Shown piece by piece: positions 28,137-37,200 of a stretch of DNA of 64,000 nucleotides. The notes under the pieces are model-generated. The model did not search any database. It was not told the origin of the DNA and worked only from the letters and a program-made list of their open reading frames with translations. Where the stretch lies: NCBI GenBank assembly GCA_963706125.1, contig CAVPLQ010000002.1:208254-272253 (forward strand), in the 5' to 3' direction. The first letter of the stretch is position 1. Every line of letters begins with the position of its first letter. Position numbers and translations under genes: made by a program. Source of the stretch: an uncultured Flavobacteriales bacterium (GTDB lineage: Bacteria; Bacteroidota; Bacteroidia; Flavobacteriales_F; PHOS-HE28).

Positions 28137-30309
28137 CGACGTACTCCACCCGCTCGTTCTCCGCGTGCTGCAGGCCCGTGCATTCCACTCCGGGACCGCA
28201 CGGATTCACCGGCTTGTTGATGCCATAGCCCTTCACCGTAAGGCGGTCCTTCGGGATCCCCTTGGAACGCAGGTAGGTGTCGATCACCTTGGCCCGGTCC
28301 TGGGTGAGTTTCAAGGCCGGGCCTGCTGCCCGCTTGGTATTGGCATGCACGCCTACCTCGATATCGAGCGTCGGATTCACCTGCATACGGTCGGCGAGCT
28401 GGTCCAACTGCGCTTTGGCCGTAGGCGACAAAATGGTCTCATCCCCGGACCAATTAATGAACTTCAGCGGGATCGACCTACCGACCTCCATGCGTTCCAA
28501 GGCCAGTTCCTTCACCTGCCCGAGCTCGATGATGCCCTGCTTCACACCTGCCGTGTTCACCGGGACGCTCACGGTGAAATAGCCGGGCTTCTCCAGCCAA
28601 ACCTCGAACTCTTCATTGGGCTGCATCCGGAAAAGGAAATCGCCACTCGCGTCCGTGGTGCGTACCTCGTTGAAAAGGCTGCTCATGTTTACCACGGTCA
28701 CCTTCAACCCTTCCACGAAGCCGAGCTTGTCCTTGTACTTCACCGCGCCCCTCAGCCAGATACCCGCATCGGGGAGAAGATGTACGTCACGCGCCACGAT
28801 CTGGCGCTGACCGATGTTCTCCGTGCTCAAGTGGACCAGCCCGTCATAGTGACCGGCCGATCGGGCACGCACGGCGTACTCCATATTCTCCTTCACCGGG
28901 AAGGAATAACGGCCTTCTGCATCGCTTTTCGTATTCTCCACCACCGTTCCTTCATCGTTCAGTAGCGCCACCTCCGCATCGGCCACGGGTTGTGCGTTCT
29001 CATCATCGATCACCGTACCCGTGCAGAGGAAACGCTGCTCGAGGGGGTAATGCATCCGGAAGGCATAGATATCGTCGCCACCGTCGCCACCGGGCCTATC
29101 GCTGCTAAAATAGCCCGTGGCGTTGGCCTTGTCGATCACGAAAGCAAAGTCGTCCTTGGGCCCGTTCACCGGTGCGCCCACGTTCACGGAGAAGGAAAAG
29201 TCCCCATTGGGGCCGCGCTTTGCTGCGAACACGTCCAAACCTCCCAACCCCGGAAGGCCGGTGCTGGAGAAGTACAGCGTGCCGTTGTCCGCTATGAATG
29301 GAAAAAGCTCGTTCCGTGTGGTGTTCACCCCCGGGCCCAGATTACGTGGCTCGCCCCATTGCCCGCCCATGTTCTGGCACATATAGATGTCAGTGCCGCC
29401 ATATCCGCCGGGCATATCACTGACAAAGAAGAACCATTTGCCGTCCGCTGAAATGGCAGGGTGTCCCACGGAACACTCCGGATTGTTGTAAAGGAAGGGG
29501 TCCTCACCAGTGAATCCCGCCGCGTCGCGTTCCGCATGAAGAATGCTGAGGCGCTGAATGCCGTTCTTGCTGCGTGAGGCATTGGTCCGGGTATACCACA
29601 GCGAGCCGTCCGGAGCCACCACGGCGGGTCCTTCATGCATCTTTGTGTTCACATTCCCGGTCAAGAGTTGTGGTGCGATGAGGTCTCCGCCGGGTTGCCT
29701 TTCGGCCACATAAAGGTCAAGAAAGGGTTTATCGTTCCATGCGGATCGCCACTGCATGCCCACGGTGGTGTCCCGGTTGGAGGCGAAGATCACGCGGTCC
29801 TTGCCGTTCCAGATGGCGCCCATGTCGTCCAACGGCGAATTGGCCATGACACGGGTCACCGTGAAGCGGTCCATGTTCGCCGTGAACTTCTTGGCGAAAT
29901 CCAAGATGTTGCTCTTTTTTGGTTGCCCTTCAAGCTGCGCCATGTCCAGATAGCGGTCCATCCATTCCTCGGCCTGGGCATATTTCCCGTTCCCCTTCAG
30001 GGCTTGCGCATACATGTACAGGTCCAGTGGTTCGCGATTGAGGTACTTGACCACTTGGCCGTACCAGGTCTCCCCGTCCTCGGTATCGCCGAGCTTCATC
30101 GAGCAGTCAGCGAGGCGTTTGACCACGTGTTCGTTCACCGCTCCCAAGTCCGCAGCCAGCTTGTACTCCTCCTTCGCCTGGGCGTATGCCATCCGCTGGT
30201 AGAAGCGGTCCGCGATGCGTGTATGCGCCTCCGCGCTCTGGGCAAACACCGGCACTGCGGGCGCCATGAGCACGAGCAGGAAAAGGATGCGGCACAGGGG
30301 CTGTTTCAT
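28114..30309 (-). CDS. PorE-like OmpA-family protein (TPR, PD40 propeller, carboxypeptidase-regulatory-like, OmpA C-terminal)
   Basis: TPR helices, FFVSDMPGGYGGTDIY, NLGPGVNT..NE.FPF, FSSDRPGGDGGDDIY, KGYG..KPVN.C; follows a porP gene. Confidence 0.87.
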   Translation of the reverse strand: MKQPLCRILFLLVLMAPAVPVFAQSAEAHTRIADRFYQRMAYAQAKEEYKLAADLGAVNEHVVKRLADCSMKLGDTEDGETWYGQVVKYLNREPLDLYMYAQALKGNGKYAQAEEWMDRYLDMAQLEGQPKKSNILDFAKKFTANMDRFTVTRVMANSPLDDMGAIWNGKDRVIFASNRDTTVGMQWRSAWNDKPFLDLYVAERQPGGDLIAPQLLTGNVNTKMHEGPAVVAPDGSLWYTRTNASRSKNGIQRLSILHAERDAAGFTGEDPFLYNNPECSVGHPAISADGKWFFFVSDMPGGYGGTDIYMCQNMGGQWGEPRNLGPGVNTTRNELFPFIADNGTLYFSSTGLPGLGGLDVFAAKRGPNGDFSFSVNVGAPVNGPKDDFAFVIDKANATGYFSSDRPGGDGGDDIYAFRMHYPLEQRFLCTGTVIDDENAQPVADAEVALLNDEGTVVENTKSDAEGRYSFPVKENMEYAVRARSAGHYDGLVHLSTENIGQRQIVARDVHLLPDAGIWLRGAVKYKDKLGFVEGLKVTVVNMSSLFNEVRTTDASGDFLFRMQPNEEFEVWLEKPGYFTVSVPVNTAGVKQGIIELGQVKELALERMEVGRSIPLKFINWSGDETILSPTAKAQLDQLADRMQVNPTLDIEVGVHANTKRAAGPALKLTQDRAKVIDTYLRSKGIPKDRLTVKGYGINKPVNPCGPGVECTGLQHAENERVEYVVTGVVGS

Positions 30310-31236
30310 CAGAAATACCGCGGCGAAATGGTCCGTCCCTTGGTGAATTTGAAGTCGTAACCGATCATGATCTCATGGGTGCCCGCATTGTATGCGCCCA
30401 GTTTGGTGGTGGTCATGTCGAACGCATAGCCCAAGCGCAACTGCTCGTTCACCTGATACTGGGCCATAACACCGAAACCGTTCCCGTACCGGTACATGGC
30501 CCCGAACCACACGCGGTCACGCAGGAGGAAATTCGCGTTCACGTCCAAGGAAAGTGGCGCACCCTCCACGGCCCGGAGCATGATCGAGGGCTTGAACTTG
30601 AGGTCCGGATTGATGTCGAGCACATAGCCCGCCATGAGGAAATAGTGCCGGAACTCCTGACTGGTCACCACGGTGCCGTCGTCGCCGATCTTGTTCTCCA
30701 GCAACTTCGGTGCGCTGATGCCCACATAGTAGCGCGGTGCATGCCAATAGAGGCCGAAGCCGAAGTTGGGCAGTACTTTGCCGCCGATGTTCCCATTGTG
30801 CGGGTCTGTTTCCACCGTGCTCAGGGAAGCTAGATCGGCTTGGAAGAAATTGATGCCTCCGCTGAGGCCGAATGAAAGGCGCGTTTCGCCACCGGTGCGG
30901 ATGCGGTAAGCCACGTCGAGGAAAACACTGTTCTGCTTGGCCGGGCCGGCCACATCATGGATCAAATTGCCGCCCAACGCCAGTTTGCCCCCGGGCAGCG
31001 GGGAATTCACGGACAGGGTCTGCGTGGAGGGCGCACCTGTGAAGCCGACCCACTGATGCCGACTGAGGGCCATGGCGCTGAAGACGTCCGCACTGCCCGC
31101 GTAAGCCGGGTTGAAGGCCAACGAATTGAACATGTACTGGCTGTACATGGGGTCTTGCTGCGCCTTGGCCGAAGGTGCCAAGCCCAGCATGATCGAATCC
31201 AATCACCGCGAGGAATATCCGCCGTGCGCCCCTCAT
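30309..31236 (-). CDS. PorP/SprF family T9SS membrane protein, one-base frameshift near 31194 in the signal peptide
   Basis: QQDPMYSQYMFN..AFNPAYAG, RHQWVG..GAP.T, GYAFD, GTHEIM, ISPRYF; ATG 31236 overlaps upstream TGA and MRGARRIFLAVIGF joins IMLGLAPSAKA after removing one base. Confidence 0.88.
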
Positions 31237-34200
31237 CGGTTCAGGTAGATGAAGCCCTTCAGCGGATCGGAGCCGTCGCCCAGATCGAGGACATAGTAAT
31301 AAGTGCCCGTGGAGGCATCACCCGGTACCAGCGCTTTCGGCGAGCTGCCGTCCCACACGGTGCGGACGTTGTCATAGCCCGCCGCCTTGTACACCTCGCC
31401 GCCCCAGCGGTTAAAGATGACGATGTTGTTGCCGGGATAGCCCTCGATCCCCGGGATCGTGAAGTTGTCGTTGATCCCGTCACCGTTCGGAGTGAAGGAC
31501 TCGGGAACGAACACCTCGTCCTGGAACTGGCATGGCGTGTTGCCTTCGACCGTCCGCGGCGTGCAGTGGTTCGCATCATCCGCTTGGAAGGCGAATGGCT
31601 GACTGGTAAATATCGGTGCGCTGGTGAAGACGTACGGTGCTACGCTGGAAAGCGTACCCGGCCCTCCCGTAACTGCGTAGCTCATGGGCGTTCCGCCCGT
31701 TAGTTTGAAGCTCACCACATAGGTGCGGTCCTGTTCATTGCAGATGCGTTGCACATCGCTCACGGTCACGCCGTCCACAACGAGCAAGGCTACTTCACTG
31801 CTGTCCGATGGGCAACCCTGCACATCCACGGTGTACCGGAAACGGTACTGTCCTGCGTTCAAACCGGCGGCGTTCACGGTGCCACCCATCAACGCGCCGC
31901 TGCCGTCGAGGTCGGTCCACGTCCCACCGGTCTGTGCCCCACCGCTCAACAAGGGGAAAAGGGTGACCTGTTCATCGTTGCACACTTGTGCGGCACCATC
32001 ACCACCGGCATTGGCCGTCGGGTTCACAACGATGGTCACACGGGCCAAGGTATCCGCGCAATAGGCACTTCCGGTCAAGTGATAGCTGTATACACCGGCG
32101 GGATCGGTGGCAGGATCAAAGCTGTTGTCCGTGGGTGTTCCGTCCGGTGCTGTCCAATTGCCGCCGGCATCCGCATGGCCCAAGAGGACGTCCAAGATGA
32201 ATGTGGCGGATGTTGCGCAGACCGTCACCGTGGTGTCCGGACCAGGGTCCGGATAGGGCGCGATGAACATCTGGACCACGCTCTGCACCTGTCCGCAGGC
32301 AATGTCGTTCAGCGTATACGCGATCGAATAGAAAAACCCCGGTGCCAGCACGGTTGCGTTGAGGAAGTTCCCCGAGATCGCGTCCACGCCGGTCTGTTCG
32401 CTCCAAACACCTCCGGGATCGGGAGCTCCGCCCAAGGATTGGAACAGGTCATACGCCGTGAGCGCTCCACAGATGGTGTCGTTGCTTCCGGTGCCCGCAT
32501 TAAGGCCAGCGCCAACGTTCACCGTCACCGTGGCAGTGGAATCATTGCATGGCGAGGTGCCGGCCACCGTGTAGGTGAACACATAAGTGCCAATGATGCT
32601 CTGGGTTGCATCGAAAAGACTGTCCTCCAGCACCACGTTGTTGCTGTCCGTCCATACGCCTGTGCTGTCGGCTGTCGGGCCCAGTGCTGCGAAAAGGTTC
32701 ACTGCGGTATCCGTGGGGCACACGTTCAGGCTGGCATTCTGGCCAGGCTGGGGCGCTCGCACCTCTGTTACCGTGAGCCGGGCCGTGTCGTTGGCACAAG
32801 CCCCTGTACCCGTGCGGATATAGAGGAACACGCCGCTGCTGTCCTCTGCCGGGTTGTAAGTCGAGCCATGCGCTGTTGGCGGTGACCCGTCCCTACGCCA
32901 TGTCCCCCCGCTCTGCGGATTCCCGGCTAGCTGGTCCCGCATGTTGAAAGAGCCCTCGCTGGAGCAGAAGGTGTAGCTGTCATCATCCCCGGCATAAGGG
33001 GCCTGGGTCTCCGTGACGAAAACCGACGCCGAAGCATTGGAACAAGGGGTTTGTCCGACGACCGTGTACACGTAATTGCCCGGCATATCAATGGCGGGAT
33101 TATAGACCGGGCCATGCGCCACGGGCGGCGACCCGAAAGTCCAGTGGCCGGTCGTGTCCGGGCTTCCGGTAAGTCCGGTGCTCAAGTATTGCGAAGCGCC
33201 ATTTGAACAGAAACTGAGCGTTCCGTCCGTACCCGCGCTCACCGCTTGGATGATCGTCACGTTCACAACCGAAGTGTCGGCGGCGCAGTCGCCAATAGCC
33301 GGAACGACATAGTGGTAGGCACCGGACGGGTCGGTGGCAGGATCCACGGAGGAACCGGCCAATGCACCTCCGTTGCCCGGGAAATACCAGGTGCCGTTCA
33401 TGTCGTGCGGGTTACCGATCTGCAAGAACAGGTCGATGTCGTCACTGCTGGAACAGGCCGTGGTGTTCCCATCAGAACCTGCCTGTGGCCCTGTCTGGAT
33501 GGTCACCGTGAGGATCGCTGTGTCCGGTTGGCAATTGGAGGATCCGCTGAGCACATACCGGTAATGGTGTATCCCTACCCCGGCAGCTGAACAGTTCAGC
33601 ACTCCATTGATCAGTCCCACTTGGCTTTCATCACCGGTCCAGGTTCCACCCGGTTGCGGGTTTCCGGCCAAATAAGGAGTAAGGTCCACGAGCTCGCTGA
33701 GACAGAGCACGACGCTTGTGTCATTCCCGGCATCCAATTCCGGGCTGACCGTTACCGCCACCGAGGCCGTGTCCTGCGCACAAGGCCCGATGCCCGCTAC
33801 CGTATAACGGAATCGATAAACTCCCGCCGCTACGGCGCAAGCATTGAATATGCCATTGCTCAAGTGCCCGGAGGCGTTGATATCGGTCCAGGTTCCTCCG
33901 GCCTGCGGAATGCCAAGCAGACCATCTCTGAGCACCACTGCGCATTCGCTCACACACACGCTCATGGTGCCGAACAGGCCCGCATCCGGCGGGTCGATCA
34001 AGGTGATCTGTACGGTGGCCGTGGAATTGGTGCAGGGTGCCGATCCGGTCACGGTATACACATACGCACCTGCGGGATCCGTCGCGGGATCGAAGATGGG
34101 CCCGTGCGGCACGGCGGGGCCGACGGCAGGTTGGTAGGACCAGCTTCCGTTGGCGTCCGGCATTCCCCCTAATAAGCTCAACAATGCCAGGAGTTGGCTA

Positions 34201-37200
34201 TTCCTACAGATCTGCGGTGCCGTGCTGATCCCGGCCTGAGGCTTCCGGTTCACGGTAATTGACACTGTGGCGGTGTCGTTCACGCAGGGGGCGTCCCCTT
34301 CAACAATGTAGCGGTACACGTAGGTGCCTGGCGGATGGTCATGCGGCACGAAGACGGACGAAGCAAACGTTCCGGACGCATTGATCCAGTTCCCGGTGGA
34401 GTCGGCACTGGGTCCCAACAAGTTGAACATGTCCACGTCCGGGCCATCGGAGCATACGTTCACCGAGGTTGAAATACCGGCACTGGGTTTCTTGTTCTGA
34501 ATGATGGTGGCTTGCGCGGTGGCCGTGGCACACGGGGACTGGCCCTGAACGGTGTATGTGAACACATGCACCCCGGGCCCGTAATAATCCGCTTGATAGA
34601 TCTCGCTTTCAGTGATACCGTTCAAGGTCCACGTCCCCCCGGGGTCCGGGTTTCCGTTCAGTGCACCGCTAAGCACAAAGATCGTATTCGGCGGCGCACA
34701 AATAAACGTGACCTTGTTGCTGCCCGCGTTCGGAGCTTGGTTCACCGCCACGGTGACGTTCGCCGTGGCATTGGCACAGCCTGTGCCTCCACCTCCGGTG
34801 ACCGTGTACGTATAGGTTCCGGCAAGATCCCCGTTCGGGTTCGGGTTGAAATTGCTCCCATGGCTGAGGCCATTGTACATCCATGTCCCACCGGGCTCCG
34901 GATTGCCGGTCAAGGAGGGGAACATCGGAGTGATCCCGCTTGTGGAACAGAGGATCAAATTCCCGTCACCGCCGGCTATGGGGGCCGCCGTCACAATGAA
35001 AGTGAGGGCGGAATGCCGCGGCCCGCAAGGCGAGTTGGGCGCACCTGGTACGATGTACCTGAAACTGAACGTTCCGGGTGTGTTCGGGATGAAGACCGGG
35101 TTGTGCGGGGCCTGCCCAGGTAGCGTTACCCACGAACCGTTCTGGTCAGGACTGCCGCCGAGGCTGTCCACCATCACGATCGGGATGTTCGATTGGCAGA
35201 CATAGATGGTCCTGCTTGTGCCCGGGTCCGGTGGCGTGATCACCGACACGGTCACCTTGCTGCTATCATCGGCACAAGGCGGCTCGCCGCTCACATGGTA
35301 GGTGTACACGCCGGGACTGTTGATGCCGGGTTGGAAAGTGCCGCTAAAATAGGCTTGTGAAGGTGCCGGTCCCGTCCATGTACCGGTCTGGTCATGCGGT
35401 CCACCGAGCAGGTTCACCAATTGCATGGCCGCACCGTCCAAGCAGAAAGCCAAACTGGTATCGCGCCCGGCTTCGGGCGGATCGGTCTCGAAAACAGTGA
35501 CCGTACCCTCGGCCACACCACATGGAAGAACCCCCGTGACGCGATAGGTGTAGGTCCCCGGTTGGCTCAGTCCGGGCGTGTAATAACCGCTTGGGAATAC
35601 CACCATGCCCGGATCGAACCAAGTTCCTCCCGTTGAAGCGCCGGTCAACAGGCCAAAGAGCGGAAAACCCGTTGCATTACCGCAGACCGTGATGGCGTTG
35701 GCACCACCGGCATTGGGTACCGTATTGACATTCACGGTAAGCGACCGCGTCTTGTCCCCACAGGGGGAAGTGCCCGCCACGGTATACAGATAGACCCCGG
35801 GGAGATCCAGACCCGGCACGAAAATATTGGTATGGCCCATCCCGTCCGGGTCCACCCAAGTTCCGTTAAGGTCCGGCGTGCCTCCCAATAATCCGGTCAT
35901 ATTGAAAGAAGGGCCGTTTTCACACACGGTGGTCACGGCGGAGTTGCCTGCGTTGGGAGTAGGGGTCTCGCTCACGTGTACCACGGCCACGGCCGCGCTG
36001 CATGGAGCAGTACCGCTCACGGTATAGGTGTAGTCGCCGGGATCGAAGGTGCTGGGCACATAGGTGCCACCGAAGACCTCATTGCCCGGTGCTGGTTTAC
36101 GCCACGTCCCGCCCCCATCAGCCGGACTGATATAGGAGAATAGGCCTGCCGACGACCCGTCCGAACAGAAGGTCACAAACCCTTCATGGCCAGCATTCGG
36201 GCCGGCGATCACGTTCACCGTGACCGTGGCTGAATCCGAATTGCATCCCAATGCACCCGTAAGCCTGTACCTGAAATGATAAGCGCCGACACCTTGTCCG
36301 TTCGCATTGAAGTACTGCCCGGTAACCTGGCCCGTGGCGTCCAGGTCCACCCACACACCACCGGGTTGCGGCGATCCCCCCAGACCGGTGAAGAGGTTCA
36401 CCTGGGTCTCGGTGTTGCACACGTTCTTCGTGCCATTGTTACCGGCATCCAGCAAGGGAACGATGGTCACGCGCACCGTTGCGGTATCCGCCATGCAAAG
36501 CCCGCTCGCTGGAACGATATATCTGAAATCATAATTCCCCGGAGGGAGTTGCGTGGGTGTTCCCGGATTGAAGAAGTGGGTGCTGAGCCGGCCCGTTACG
36601 GTGACCTCGCTCCATGTGCCGTTCATGTCCGGCGTTCCGCCAAGTCCATCGAATAGGTCCACTGTGTTCTGGCCGGAACAGATGGTCAACGTGCCGTTGG
36701 TCCCGGCATTGGGAGCCTGGGTCACGGTCACCGTGACCGTCGCGCTATCGGGACCGCAGGGCGCCGTGCCCGTCACTTTGTATGTGTACGCGAACGTGCC
36801 TGCGGCGGAGGGGATGAACACGCCATTGCTGGACGTACCGCCCGGTCCGGTCCACATACCACCGGCATCAGGGGTGCCGCCCAAGCTATTGAAGATGTTG
36901 ACCGGGTCATCAGTGCTGCACAACGGCAAGGGGGCGTCCGTGCCGGCGACAGGCCTGCGGTGCTGGGTCACGGTCACCACGGCGGAGGCATTGGCACATG
37001 GGCTGATGCCTGTCACGGTGTAGGTGTAGCCACCTTGCACCGCACCGGGGCCGGGAACATAGGCGCCATTATTGTTCTGGTTGTTCGGGTCTTTCCACGT
37101 GCCTCCTGCGTCCGGGTTGCCGCCGAGCAAGGCGAACAGGTCCACGGGAGCATCATCGCTGCACACCACCGTTGCACCATTGGTCCCGGCTTTAGGTGCA

